DNA from: an uncultured delta proteobacterium
GTDB lineage: Bacteria; Myxococcota_A; Polyangia; Fen-1088
NCBI GenBank assembly: GCA_963767925.1
Contig: CAVYGB010000008.1
Span: 1,344,001 to 1,408,000, forward strand
Direction of reading: 5' to 3'
DNA: 64,000 nt
This document shows, piece after piece, positions 29,622-42,337 of the stretch. The first letter of the stretch is position 1, and each line of letters starts with the position of its first letter. The notes beneath the pieces were generated by a model. It saw only the letters and a program-made list of their open reading frames with translations, was not told the DNA's origin and made no database searches. Both the position numbers and the translations under genes were made by a program.

Positions 29622-30607
29622 TCAGCGATTGAGGCCGGGATCGTAAGGGGTGCGCTTGCGGGCCCGGCGCTCGCGCTTGTGGGCGACCTGGGCGTTGCGC
29701 TTCTCGATCAGCCAGGGGGGCGGCTTGCGCCCCGTCAGGGCCGCCTGCTCGGCGTGATGCTCCTCGAAGGTGCCCGGGCGCGCAGCCGAGCTCGAAGATC
29801 GTGACCTCACGCCGGCCGCGCTCGCCGATGCGCAGCGGCATCACCGCCGCCCCGATGCCCGGCCCCGACGTAGACCGCCCCGTGGGGCTGGGGCAGCGCG
29901 GGATCGCGCGCCGCCCGGGAGCCGTAGAGCCCGTGCACGTATTTGTGGCCGGCGATGCGACCGACCGCGAGCTCGTGCAGGCGGGCGAAGGTGACCTGAC
30001 CGCCGTGGGTGTGGCCAGACAGCACGAGGGGAACGTCGTGGCGCCACAACCCGTCCGCCTCCTCGGCGATGTGGGAGAGGCCCGAGCGTTGGTAGATCGC
30101 TGCGCAGGCCCTTGACCGCCTCCTCGCGCCGGGCGTGACCGGTGTAGGCGTCGTCGAGACCGACGCACCTGCAGCCGCTGATGGCGCAAGGTCAAGGTCG
30201 TGTGCTGGTTGGCGAGCACCTCGACCCCTCCGCGCAGGAGCGCCTGCCGGACCTCGCCCGCCCCGGCCCAGTAGTCGTGGTTGCCCAGCACGGCGATCAC
30301 CGGCGCGGTGAACTCCCGCATGAGCGACGGTGAGCTGATCGAGGTAGAGCTGGCTGTGGCAGACGAAGTCGCCCGTGATGACCACCAGGTCCGGCCGTTC
30401 GCCGTTGGCGAGGGCCACCGCGTGGCGCTGCACGTGGTAGGGGGTCACGCGGCCGACGTGGAGGTCGGTGAGGTGGGCGATCCGCAGATGGGAGAGAGCC
30501 CCGACGTATGCGGCCGGGCCGGCAAAACGTCGGACCCGGATACGTGTATTGCGGAGGCGCTCGTCGCCGTCGGGCGTCAGAACCCTCCGCGGGCCCAGCA
30601 GAGGCAT
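29622..30607 (-). CDS. Calcineurin-like metallophosphoesterase (frameshifted)
   Basis: HLTDLHVG, ITGDFV, LGNHD, LSH, SGHTHGGQ. Confidence 0.85.
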
Positions 30608-30700
30608 GTGCTGCGGTCGAGTGTAAGCGCGGGCCGTGCGTCAGCAAGGACGATTCCCGGCCCAAACCGCGACCGCAGCGCCCCAGAGACCGGGGACCGC

Positions 30701-31483
30701 TCAGGATGCGGGCGTGCGGCTCAGGAACCCGGCAATGGCCTGAGCAAAGGGCAGGGGCGCCTCGAGGTTGGCCAGGTGACCGGCGCCGGGGATCTCGACG
30801 AGGACGGCGCGCGGGATCGCGGTGGTCATCGCCGCCGCCTCGCTGGGCGGCGTGAGGACATCGTCGGCGCCGACCAGGATCAGCGTCGGACACTCGATGC
30901 CGGCGAGCTCGCCCCGCCGATCGGGACGATCGCGCAGGGCGGTCAGGCCCGCCAGCACCGCCTCGGGCGGCTGGGCGCCGAGCGCGCGCACCTGTTCGCT
31001 GACGGCGTCCGCCGCCACCGGTCCGACCAGCTTGGGCAACACCGACTCGAGGTACGCCGGCACGCCGGCGCTGCGCACGAGGGCCATCGCTTGATCGCGG
31101 GCTGTCCGCGCCTCGGGGCTGTCGGGTCCCGCCTTCGTGTCGGCCAGCACCAGCCCCCGCAGCCGGCGGCCGTGCCTGGCGGCGAAGGCGAGCGAGACGT
31201 AGCCACCCATCGAGATGCCACCCACCACCGCTCGATCGACCCCCAGCTCGTCGAGGAGCTGGGCCACGTCGTCGGCGAGATCGGCGATGACATAGGAGCC
31301 ACCGAGGTCGGAGGCCCCGAAGCCGCGCAGGTCGGGCACCAGGATGCGGGCCCGGGCACCCAGGCGCTCGCCGAGCGGCGCGAGCAGCCGACGGTCGAAG
31401 GGGAACGCATGCAACAGGACACAGGTCGGGCCCGTTCCATAGACGTCGTAGGCGAGTCGCCGGCCCGAGATCCGGATCTCCAT
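30701..31483 (-). CDS. Alpha/beta fold hydrolase
   Basis: LLHAFP, PDLRGFG, GISMGG nucleophile elbow, GADD, AGHL. Confidence 0.9.
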   Translation of the reverse strand: MEIRISGRRLAYDVYGTGPTCVLLHAFPFDRRLLAPLGERLGARARILVPDLRGFGASDLGGSYVIADLADDVAQLLDELGVDRAVVGGISMGGYVSLAFAARHGRRLRGLVLADTKAGPDSPEARTARDQAMALVRSAGVPAYLESVLPKLVGPVAADAVSEQVRALGAQPPEAVLAGLTALRDRPDRRGELAGIECPTLILVGADDVLTPPSEAAAMTTAIPRAVLVEIPGAGHLANLEAPLPFAQAIAGFLSRTPAS

Positions 31484-31587
31484 GCGCTTTACCGCTGGGG
31501 CCGAACATGCCACGCGAGACCGGGCCGGGGAAAGCGAAAACCCGGAGAAACTTGCGCGCTTGCGCGGCGACGCCGAGGATCCAGGTG

Positions 31588-32484
31588 ATGACCATCGACC
31601 TGGCGATCCAGCAGTTCCTCGACCACCTGAAAGTCGAGCGACAGCTCTCGCCGGCGACGCTGGCAGCGTATGGCGGTGACCTCACCTGCTTCGCGGCGTT
31701 CCTCGCCCGCCGGAAGGTGCCCACCGTCGCGGCGATCCGCACCATCGACCTGCTCGACTACCTGGCCGATCTCGGGGGCACGCTCTCGGCGCGATCCCAG
31801 GCCCGCCGGCTGTCGGCGATGCGGCAGCTCTTCAAGCACCTCAAGGCGGAGCGGATCATCCCCGGCAACCCGGCCGAAGACGTCGACATGCCCCGGTTCG
31901 GCCGGCGGCTCCCGTCTTTCCTGACGCTGGCCGAGGTGGACGCCTTGCTGGCCGCGCCCGATCGCCGGACCGATCGGGGTGCCCGCGATGGGGCCATGCT
32001 CGAGCTGCTGTACGCGACCGGTCTGCGCGTCTCGGAGCTGGTCCGCCTGCGCTTGCCGGCGATCAACTTCCAGGCGGGCTACCTGGTGGCTCACGGCAAG
32101 GGGCGGAAGGAACGGCTGGTCCCGATCGGGGAGGTCGCGCTCGTCTCGCTCTCGTATTACGTGCAGACGGTGCGGCCGCGCCTGCTGCGCCCGGGCGCGA
32201 GCGCGCAAGAAGCCGTCTTCCTCACCCGGCTGGCCCGGGCGATGACGCGGCAGTCTTTCTGGAAGCTCCTCGGCGGGCACGCCCGGGCGGCGGGGATCCG
32301 CAAGAGCATCTCACCGCACCAGCTCCGGCACTCCTTCGCCACCCACCTCATCGAGCGGGGGGCCGACCTGCGGGCCGTGCAGGCCATGCTGGGGCACGCC
32401 GACATCGGCACGACCGAGATCTACACCCACCTCTCCCGCGCCCACCTGCGCAACGTGCACGCGAAGTTTCACCCTCGGCCGTGA
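31588..32484 (+). CDS. xerD: Site-specific tyrosine recombinase XerD
   Basis: LYATGLRVSEL, GKGRKERLVP, SPHQLRHSFATHL, LGHADIGTTEIYTH. Confidence 0.92.
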   Translation: MTIDLAIQQFLDHLKVERQLSPATLAAYGGDLTCFAAFLARRKVPTVAAIRTIDLLDYLADLGGTLSARSQARRLSAMRQLFKHLKAERIIPGNPAEDVDMPRFGRRLPSFLTLAEVDALLAAPDRRTDRGARDGAMLELLYATGLRVSELVRLRLPAINFQAGYLVAHGKGRKERLVPIGEVALVSLSYYVQTVRPRLLRPGASAQEAVFLTRLARAMTRQSFWKLLGGHARAAGIRKSISPHQLRHSFATHLIERGADLRAVQAMLGHADIGTTEIYTHLSRAHLRNVHAKFHPRP

Positions 32485-32524
32485 CGCGAGCCCCTCGGCG
32501 CGACGCATCTAGCCGTGGCGCGCG

Positions 32525-32554
32525 TTGACGCGCTCCGATCGCGTCGGCTATACC
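32525..32554 (+). promoter_or_regulatory. Possible sigma-70 promoter for the site-2 protease-scpAB operon
   Basis: TTGACG-N18-TATACC about 50 nt upstream of the start. Confidence 0.4.
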
Positions 32555-32606
32555 CCATGGGCGTGTCTCGGCTGCTTCCGGCCACGCCCAACCACGGGAA
32601 ACGTCT

Positions 32607-33272
32607 TTGAGCCTTTCCATCGATCTTTGGCGCGAAGTCATCCTCTTCCTCATCGCCCTGATCCTGTCCGTCTCGGTCCACGAGTTCGGGCACGCCTGGG
32701 CCGCCACGAAGCTGGGCGATTCGCTCCCCCGCGCGCAGGGTCGCCTGACACTCAACCCGGTCCGCCACATCGATCCGATCGGGACCCTGCTGTTCCCGGT
32801 GATCATGGTGCTGGCCCATGTCCCCTTGCTGGGCTGGGGGCGGCCGGTGCAGACCAACCCGTTGAACTACACCCGCCGCTTCAGCCGGGCCACCGGGCAC
32901 ATGCTGGTGGCGATCGCGGGGCCGATCATGAACCTGCTCATGGCGATCGGCATCTCGCTGATCGTCGTGGCGGGCAGCAAGGCGGGCTTCATGAGCTGGG
33001 AGCTCGGTGAGACGCTCATCCAGCACCTCGTGCTGCTCAACCTGTCCCTGCTGTTCTTCAACCTCCTACCGATCCCACCCCTCGATGGTGGAGCGGTGCT
33101 CGCCTGGGTCCTCCCCCGGTCCATGCAGGGCGCGATCGAGTTCCTCAACCGCTGGGGGTTCATCATCCTCATCGGCCTCATGATCACCGGGATGCTGGGG
33201 TTCCTCATGGTGCCCGCCGCCCACGTGTCGCGCTGGTGGGTCGAGGCCCTGCGAGGGATCGCCAACCTATGA
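32607..33272 (+). CDS. Site-2 protease (M50 family)
   Basis: HEFGH, GRLTLNP..HIDP, AGP..N, FNLLPIPPLDG. Confidence 0.92.
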   Translation: MSLSIDLWREVILFLIALILSVSVHEFGHAWAATKLGDSLPRAQGRLTLNPVRHIDPIGTLLFPVIMVLAHVPLLGWGRPVQTNPLNYTRRFSRATGHMLVAIAGPIMNLLMAIGISLIVVAGSKAGFMSWELGETLIQHLVLLNLSLLFFNLLPIPPLDGGAVLAWVLPRSMQGAIEFLNRWGFIILIGLMITGMLGFLMVPAAHVSRWWVEALRGIANL

Positions 33273-34157
33273 AGGAGGCCGCCGGCCCCTCGGCAGACCC
33301 GATGGTGGCCGGCGGGGAGGAAGCCGGCGGGGACATTCCGGCCGGGGCAGCCTACCGGATCGAGCTGCCGGAGTTCGAGGGGCCGCTCGACCTCTTGCTC
33401 CACCTGTGCAAGACCCACGAGCTCGACATCCTGAACATCCCGATTGCCTTCGTGGCGGAAAAGTACGTCGAGTATCTCGAGACCATGCAGGCCATGTCGG
33501 TGGAGATCGCGGCCGAATACCTGGTGATGGCGGCGACCCTCGCTTATCTCAAAGCGCGTGAGCTGGTCCCCGACCCGGAGCCGCTGGAGGGGCAGGGGGA
33601 GGAGGGCGAGGAGGCCCTCGACCCGCGCGAAGAGCTGATCCGGCGGCTGCTCGAGTACCAGAAGTACAAGGACGTCGCCGTCCAGATCGGAGACCGCCCG
33701 GTGGAGGGGCGCAACGTCTTCCGGCGCGGGATCCGGCTCGAGCCCATCGGGGATCGGGGGGAGCTGGCCGAACATTCGGTCTGGAAGCTGATCGAGTCTT
33801 TCGCCGATCTCCTGCGCAAGTCGGGGTCGCGCGTGACCCACGACGTGGTTGTCGATCGGATCTCCCTGAGCGACCGGATCAACCAGATCGTGGACCGGCT
33901 GGAGTCGGGCTCGGGCAGCTTCCGCTTCGACGCCCTGGTCGACCCGAGCTTGCCCGAGGCCGACGTGCGCCACCACCTCGTGGTGAGCTTGCTGGCCATC
34001 CTCGAGCTCGCCAAGCTGCAGGTCATCCGCGTCCTGCAAGACCCGCTGACGGAGGTGTTTTACATCGCCCGCCGCGAAGGCGCCTCGCTGCAGACCGTGC
34101 TGAGCGCCGAGATCACCTCCGACGACAGCCTGGCCGTGCCGCCACCCGGGGATCCCG

Positions 34158-34171
<14 letters not shown>
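33269..34171 (+). CDS. scpA: Segregation and condensation protein A
   Basis: FEGPLDLLLHL, AEYLVMAATL..K, LIRRLLEYQKYK, LAILELAK. Confidence 0.95.
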
Positions 34172-35294
<1,123 letters not shown>

Positions 35295-35355
35295 ACGGCG
35301 CTCGATCATCGCCGTCGCTGCGCCGGCTGGCGGCAGCGGCTATCTTGGTGCGGAT

Positions 35356-36099
35356 ATGCGACTTCAGAAATACCTGGCCCAGGCCGGCGTGGCTTCGCGG
35401 CGGCGGGCCGAGGAGCTCATCAAGCGCGGTGAGGTCCTGGTCAATGGCGCGGCCGTCTCCCAGCTCGGCTACAAGGTGGATCCGGACAACGATCGGGTGG
35501 AGGTGCAGGGGCGAAAGATCCGGCCGGCGGCGCCCCTCTACCGGCTGCTGCTCAAGCCCCGGGCCTGCCTGTCCACACTCACCGAGACCGGACGCGGCCC
35601 GAGCGGGAGCGGGGACAAGCCCCGCCCGAACCTCAACCGGTATGTCCCCGACCGGGAGATCGGCTGGCAGGTGGTGGCCCCCCTCGACTTCCCGGCCGAA
35701 GGGGTCCTGCTGCTGACCACCGATGGAGAGCTGGCCCAGACCATGGGCCGGGGCGGCGGCAAGGTGCCCATGACCTACCACCTCAAGTACCAGGGCAAGG
35801 TCGGCGACGAGCAGGTCGGACGGCTGCTGCGGGGATGGCGCTGGAACCGCCGGCCCGTCGTGCCGGAGAGCGCGGTGGCGCTCGCCACGACCGGCAAGAA
35901 CACCTGGGTCGAAGTGGTGGTCAAGGAGACCCGGGCCCGCGTGCTGAAGGCCAGCGGCGAGGCGATCGGGAAGTCGGTCCTGAAGATCTCGCGCACCCGG
36001 CTGGGCCCGCTGTCGTTCGAGGGGCTCTCCCTGGGGCAATCGCGCGACCTGTCACGGGCCGAGGTGAATGCCCTGCGCCGCGCTGCCGGCGTGTTGTGA
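35356..36099 (+). CDS. S4-domain pseudouridine synthase (RluB/RsuA family), atypical catalytic motif
   Basis: MRLQKYLAQAGVASRRRAEELI S4 domain; APLDFPAEGVLLLTTDG in place of GRLD; follows scpB as rluB usually does. Confidence 0.8.
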   Translation: MRLQKYLAQAGVASRRRAEELIKRGEVLVNGAAVSQLGYKVDPDNDRVEVQGRKIRPAAPLYRLLLKPRACLSTLTETGRGPSGSGDKPRPNLNRYVPDREIGWQVVAPLDFPAEGVLLLTTDGELAQTMGRGGGKVPMTYHLKYQGKVGDEQVGRLLRGWRWNRRPVVPESAVALATTGKNTWVEVVVKETRARVLKASGEAIGKSVLKISRTRLGPLSFEGLSLGQSRDLSRAEVNALRRAAGVL

Positions 36100-36194
36100 A
36101 GAGGCAGCCAGGGACCCTGGCCGCGACGCGCGTGCGGCGGCGCCTCTTGCTTTTAGTGACCGGCAGTTAGTGCTAGAGATCCGCCGTGAATTCC

Positions 36195-37744
36195 ATGGCA
36201 CGTGCGCTGCTGTCGGTCTCGGACAAGACGGGTCTGGCCGATCTCGCGCAACGGTTGAACAAGCTGGGGGTCGAGCTGCTCTCGACCGGAGGGACCGCCG
36301 CCGCCGTGCGGGCCGCCGGCGTCCCGGTGCGCGACATCACCGACTTCACCGGCGCGCCCGAGATGCTCGACGGGCGGGTCAAGACGCTCCACCCGCGGGT
36401 CCACGGCGGGCTGCTCGGCCGTGACACCGAAGCCCACCGGGCGCAGATGCGCACCGCCGGCATCGAGCGCATCGATCTGGTGGTGGTGAACCTCTATCCC
36501 TTCCGGGAGACGGTGGCCCGCGGCGGCACCTTCGACGAGGTCATCGAGAACATCGACATCGGCGGTCCGGCCCTGATCCGGTCGGCGGCCAAGAACCACG
36601 AGCGGGTGACCGTGCTGGTGGACCCCGCCGATTACCCCCGCGTGCTGACCGCCCTCGAGGAGGGCCGGGAGGTCCCCGCGGCGCTGCGCTTCGAGCTGGC
36701 GCGCAAGGCCTTCGCCTACACCGCCGCCTACGACGGGGCCATCGCCAACCACCTCGGCCGGCTGGAGAAACCGCAGGCCCCGGCGGCGGACTTCGGCGAG
36801 AACCTGCACCTGCACTTCCGGCTGTCGCGGGGGCTGCGCTACGGGGAGAACCCCCACCAGAAGGCGGCGTTTTACGGCCTGCCCGAGGTCAGCGGGCCCT
36901 CGCTGGCCCGGGCGGACGTCCTGCAGGGCAAGGAGCTGTCCTACAACAACCTGCTGGACCTCGACGCGGCGATGAAGCTGTGCGCGGAGTTCAGCGAGCC
37001 GGCGGTGGTCATCGTCAAGCACACCAACCCCTGCGGGGTCGCGGCGCATGTCGAACGAAGGCGTGCTGGGCGCCTACCGCCGGGCGCGCGAGACCGATCC
37101 CGTGTCGGCCTTCGGCGGCATCGTCGCCGTCAACCGCAGCGTCGACGCCGACCTGGCCAAGGAGATGGCCGAGACCTTCCTCGAGTGCGTCATCGCCCCC
37201 GACTTCACCCCGGCGGCGCTGGCGCTGTTCGCGGCCAAGAAGGGGCTCCGGCTCCTGCGGGGAGAGATCGGGCCCGGGCCGGCGAGCGAGCTGGAGTTTC
37301 GCGCGTGGCGGGGGGGCTGCTGGTGCAGACTCGTGACGCCAGCACCCGGGCGGCCTCACTGGGCAAGGTGGTGAGCCGACGACCGCCCACCGAGACGGAG
37401 CTGCGCGATCTGGACTTTGCCTGGCGGGTCGCCAAACACGTCAAGTCGAACGCCATCGTGTTCGCGCCAGGGAGGCGCCACCCTGGGCATCGGCGCCGGC
37501 CAGATGTCGCGGGTCGATTCGGTCCGCATCGCGGTGTCCAAGGCCCGGACGCTCGCTGACGGGGTCGGTGCTGGCCTCCGACGCGTTTTTTCCCTTCCGC
37601 GACGGAGTCGACGAGGCGGCCAAGGCCGGCGTCACCGCCATCGTCGAGCCGGGCGGATCGGTGCGGGACCAGGAGGTCATCGCCGCCGCCGACGAGCGCG
37701 ACATCGCCCTGGTCTTCACCGGCGAGCGGCACTTCCGGCACTGA
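36195..37744 (+). CDS. purH: Bifunctional AICAR transformylase/IMP cyclohydrolase (frameshifted)
   Basis: [63 protein letters not shown]. Confidence 0.95.
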
Positions 37745-37759
37745 GCGGGACCGGCGACG

Positions 37760-39129
37760 ATGGCCTACCGAATCCTTCTCGTCGGCGCTGGCGGGCGCGA
37801 GCACGCCCTCACCTGGAAGCTGCTGGGCAGCCCGCTTTGCGAGCGCTTGCTGGTGGCCCCCGGCAACCCCGGCATCGCGGCCCACGGCCGGCGGTTCGGA
37901 GAGCGGTTCGCCTGCCGGCCGGTGGCGGGCGGACGACGTGCCAGGCTTGCTGGCCCTGGCCGCGTCCGGAGAAGATCGACCTCGTCGTGTGTGGACCGGA
38001 GGTACCGCTGGCCGCCGGGCTGGGCGACGCCTTCGCCGCGCCGGGGGGTGCGCTTCTTCGGACCCACCCGGGCAGCGGCCGAGATCGAGAGCTCCAAGAG
38101 CTACGCCAAGCAGCTCATGGTGGCGGCCGGGGTCCCCACCGCGGCCCACGGCAGCTTCACCGATCTGGCCGCCGCCGAGGCCTTTATCGCGGCGCAGCGG
38201 GGGCAGGTGGTGGTCAAGGCCGACGGGCTGTGCGCGGGCAAGGGGGTGGTGGTCACCGCCTCGGCCGAGGAGGCGCGACAGGCGGTCCGGGCCATGTTAG
38301 GCGACGGCCGCTTCGGTGAGGCGGGGGCCCGGGTGGTGATCGAGGAGCGGCTGTTCGGGCCCGAGGTCTCGATGATGGCCTTCTGCGATGGCCAGCGGGT
38401 GGCCCTGCTGGCCTCGGCCGAGGACCACAAGGCGGTCTACGACGGCGACCAGGGCCCCAACACCGGGGGCATGGGCGCCTATTCGCCCTCGCCGCTGGTG
38501 GACGAGGCGCTGAGCGCGCGCATCGTGGACACCATCTTCCTGCCCACCGTGCGGGCGCTGGCCGGGGCCGGACGGCCCTTCCGGGGGCTGCTCTACGGCG
38601 GGCTCATGTTGACCGCCGAGGGTCCCAAGGTCATCGAATGGAACTGCCGCTTCGGCGATCCCGAGACCCAGGCGGTGTTGCTGCGCATGCAGGACGATCC
38701 GATCCCCTGGTTGCTGGGCGCCGCTACCGGGGCAGCTGCCCGCCGGGGGCGCCCCGCTTCTCGGAGGAGACCTCGATCTGCGTGGTGCTGGCGGCCGAGG
38801 GGTATCCGGACAAGGTCCGAACCGGCGATCCGATCGCGGGGCTGGCCGCCGACGGGGGCGTCGGTCAGGACCGCGACCGCGACAGCGACAGCGACAGCGA
38901 CGACGGCGTCGCCGTCTTCCACGCCGGGACCCGCGCCGGGCCAGAAGGCACGTCTTTCCTCACCGCCGGGGGCCGCGTGCTGGGCGTGGGCGGCAGCGGA
39001 GCCAGCCTGGCAGCGGCCCGCGAGCGGGTCTACCGGGCCATCGAGGGAATCCGCTGGCCGGGCATTTTTTACCGCAAGGACATCGGGCTGCGCAGCCACG
39101 GCGCGCGTGACCAGAAGAAGGGACCATGA
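37760..39129 (+). CDS. purD: Phosphoribosylamine--glycine ligase (frameshifted)
   Basis: [58 protein letters not shown]. Confidence 0.95.
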
Positions 39130-39624
39130 GCAACCAACCTGACGTAGCGATCATGATGGGCTCCAAGTCGGATCTAGAGACGATGCGACCGGCGGCCGAG
39201 GTCTGCAAAAAGCTGGGCCTGCGCGTGACCGTGCGGGTGCTGTCGGCGCACCGGACGCCCGAACAGGCGGCGGCCTTCGTGCGCGAGGCGAGCGCGGGCG
39301 GCACCAAGGTGTTCATCTGCGGGGCGGGCGGCGCCGCCCACCTGGCGGGCGCGGTGGCGGCCCACACCACCCGCCCCGTGATCGGCGTGCCCATCGCCTC
39401 GGGCAGCCTGCAGGGCTTCGATGCGCTGCTGTCGACCGCCATGATGCCACCCGGGATGCCGGTCGCGACCGTGGCGGTGGGAGGCGCGGAGAACGCCGGC
39501 TTGCTGGCCGCGCAGATCATCGGCGCTGGCCGACCCCGCGCTGGCCGATCGGGTCGCCGCGGAACGGGAAGCCCGCCGCAGCAAGGTCCTCGAGGCCGAC
39601 GCGGAAGTGCGCAAGCAGTTCTAG
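39126..39624 (+). CDS. purE: N5-CAIR mutase (frameshift near 39530)
   Basis: [37 protein letters not shown]. Confidence 0.95.
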
Positions 39625-39647
39625 GGAGCCCTCCGCTGCGCGCGGCG

Positions 39648-40224
39648 ATGGATCTGGCCGAGGCGGTCGGCGTTCTCCGGCGGGGCGGCGTGATCGCCTG
39701 CCCCACCGAGACCTATTACGGCCTCGCCGTCGACGCCCTCAACGCCGAGGCGCTCGAGCGGCTGCTGCGGCTCAAGGGTCGGGGCGCGGAGCGGACCGTC
39801 GGCCTCATCGTGGCGGACCCCGCGATGGCGGAATCCCTGTGCGCCGAGATCCCGCCGCGAGCCCGGCAGCTCATGGCGGCCCACTGGCCGGGCCCCTTGA
39901 CGCTCGTGTTGCCGGCCCGCCCGGGGTTGCCCGCGGCGCTGGTGGCAGAGGGGTGCGTGGCGCTCCGGCAGTCGTCGCACCCGCTGGCGGCCGCGCTCGT
40001 CGCGGCCTGGGGCGGTCCCTCGACGGCCACCAGCGCCAACCGGGCGGGCCAGCCGGCCACCCGCACGGCCGCCGAGGTGCGGGCCGCATTTTCCGAGGCG
40101 CCGCCCGGGGAAGCGCCCTGGGTGCTGCGAGGGCGGCGAGACCGTGGGCGGTCCGCCCAGCACACTGGTCCGCGTGCGCGGCGACCACCTCGAGGTCCTT
40201 CGCCGCGGCGCCGTGGCCATCTGA
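39648..40224 (+). CDS. tsaC: L-threonylcarbamoyladenylate synthase (TsaC/YrdC), frameshift near 40130
   Basis: [39 protein letters not shown] continues in another frame. Confidence 0.88.
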
Positions 40225-40278
40225 CGCCCAAATCAGGCGCCTTGCAGGCCGGGGATTTCGGGTAGATTCCCGCGCCTC

Positions 40279-41596
40279 ATGGCCGTCATCGCCCCCTTCC
40301 GCGCCCTGCGTTTCGATCCCGCGCGTTACCCCGACGTCGGGCCGCCTCATCGCGCCGCCGTACGACGTGATCTCGGAGGCCGAGCGCGAGGCGCTCGAGC
40401 GCCGGCACGACCGCAACGTTGTCCGCCTGGACCTGCCCCGCGGCGAGGGGGATGCCCGCTACCCGCAGGCCCGCAGCCTGCTCGACCGCTGGATCGAAGA
40501 CGGGACCTTGCGGCTCGACCCCCAGCCCGCGATCTACCGCTACGAGCAGACCTTCCAGTATCCCGCGGATGGCCCGCGTTACACCCGGACCGGCTTCATC
40601 GCCCAGCTTCGCTTGACCCCCTTTGGCGAGGGGGTGGTCTTGCCCCACGAGCACACCCTGTCTGGACCCAAGCTCGACCGGCAAAAGCTGGTCCGGTCCA
40701 CGCGCGCCCACTTCTCCCAGATCTTCACCCTGTACCGGGATCCCGGCGCCGAGACCGAGACGGTCCTCGCCGCGGCCGCCGCCCGACCCGCCGACGTCGA
40801 CACCGTCACCCCCGACGGCTGCCGCCATCGCCTGTGGGTGATCACCGACAAGGGCACAATCGACAGGCTGACCAGCCTGATGGCCCCCAGGCAGGTCATG
40901 ATCGCCGACGGGCACCACCGCTACGAGACCATGGTCTCGCTGCGCGACGAGCTCCGCCCGGCCGGAGTGGCTCCCGGGCAGGCGGCGGCCGACTGGGGAC
41001 CCATCTTCTTCGCCCGGGCCGAGGACCCCGGCCTGCTCGTGTTGCCGACCCATCGGCTGATCCGCAACGTCGCGGCCGAGGTGCTGGCCGCGCTCCTGCC
41101 CCGGGCCGAGACCGCCTTCGAGGTGGTCCCGGGCCCGGAGGCTTCGGCCGCCGAGATCGAGGCGCGCCTCATCGACGAGGGGCAGCGGGCCGTCACCTTC
41201 GGCTGGCGCGAGGCGGGGCGCGCGGGGACCAGCTGGCTGCGGCTCCGCCCCCAGGCCGACCTTTCGCCCCTGGGGCCACCGGCGCTGCAAGGCCTCGACG
41301 TGACGGTGCTGCACGGGCTGATGCTCGGGCCGCTGCTGGGCATCGACCGGGAAGCGATGGCCAAGCAGTCGTTCCTGGCCTATACCCACGACACCGGCGA
41401 GGCGCTCGCCCGACTCGAGAAGGGTGAGGTACAGGGGGCCTTTTTCATGAACCCAACCAGGGTCCACCAGGTGCTCGAGGCCTGCGAGGGCGGCTTCGTG
41501 CTTCCCCAGAAGTCGACCTACTTCCAGCCCAAGCTGGCCACCGGCCTCGTCATGTCGCGCATCGACACGGGCGCCGGCGGAGGCAGCGGGGGGTGA
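40279..41596 (+). CDS. DUF1015 family protein (frameshift near 40340)
   Basis: IAPFRALR, APPYDVI, LPHEHT, IADGHHRYET, LPTHRL, PQKSTYFQPKLATGL. Confidence 0.88.
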
Positions 41597-42336
41597 GTCG
41601 GCCTCCTGACCCTTCGGGGACGGAGGTCACCTTCGACACGCTCCTGCGGGGGCGGGTCAAGCTCATCCAGCCAGCGCGCGGCTTCCGGGCCAGCGTCGAT
41701 CCGGTCCTGCTCTCGGGCTTCGTGGCGGCCCCCCTGGGACGTTTTCTCGACATCGGCTGCGGAACCGGGGCGGTGGCGTTCCTGCTGCTGGCCCGGGACC
41801 CCGAGGCGCGCGGGCTCGGCATCGAGCTGCAGCCGCGGCTGGCGGCCCTCACCAAGACGGCGGTGGCCGAAAACGGCTTCTCGGATCGCTTCGAGCTCCT
41901 CGTGGGGGACGTGCGCCGGGCGCCCTTGCCTCCGGCGAGCTTCGACCTGGTGGTGGCCAACCCACCTTTCCAGCCGCGCGGCCAGGGCGAGCTGCCCCCC
42001 GATCCGGAGCGCTCGATCGCCCACCACGAGGTCGAGCTCACCCTCGGCGAGTGGCTGGACGCGGCCGCCCGGCTGGTGCGCCCCGAAGGGCGCGTTGCGG
42101 CGGTGTTCGCCGCCAGCCGGCTGGCCGAGCTGCTGCTGGCGCTCGCCGCCCGCGGGTTGTGCCCGCTGCGCCTGCGCCCGGTTTATCCGCGCGAGGGGGC
42201 GACCGCCACCCGGGTCCTCGTCGAAGCGCGCCGGCTCGCGGGGCCCCGGCCCCTGATCGTCGAGCCCCCCCTGCTCGTGCACGAGGGCGACGGCTACTCG
42301 GCCGAGGTCCGGCAGCTCCTGGGCGAGGTCGACTGA
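41593..42336 (+). CDS. SAM-dependent methyltransferase (tRNA1(Val) A37 N6 / YfiC-like)
   Basis: QPARGFR..VDPVLL, DIGCGTG, ANPPF, IAHHE. Confidence 0.85.
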   Translation: MSRPPDPSGTEVTFDTLLRGRVKLIQPARGFRASVDPVLLSGFVAAPLGRFLDIGCGTGAVAFLLLARDPEARGLGIELQPRLAALTKTAVAENGFSDRFELLVGDVRRAPLPPASFDLVVANPPFQPRGQGELPPDPERSIAHHEVELTLGEWLDAAARLVRPEGRVAAVFAASRLAELLLALAARGLCPLRLRPVYPREGATATRVLVEARRLAGPRPLIVEPPLLVHEGDGYSAEVRQLLGEVD

Positions 42337-42337
42337 G

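Noticed and set aside
31588..32484. Tyrosine recombinase as the integrase of a mobile element
   Set aside because: Sequence and context (site-2 protease, scpAB) match housekeeping XerD; no att repeats, cargo genes or compositional shift.
39126..40265. Apparent PurE-TsaC fusion
   Set aside because: A frameshift near 39530 skips the purE stop at 39624; tsaC has its own ATG at 39648.
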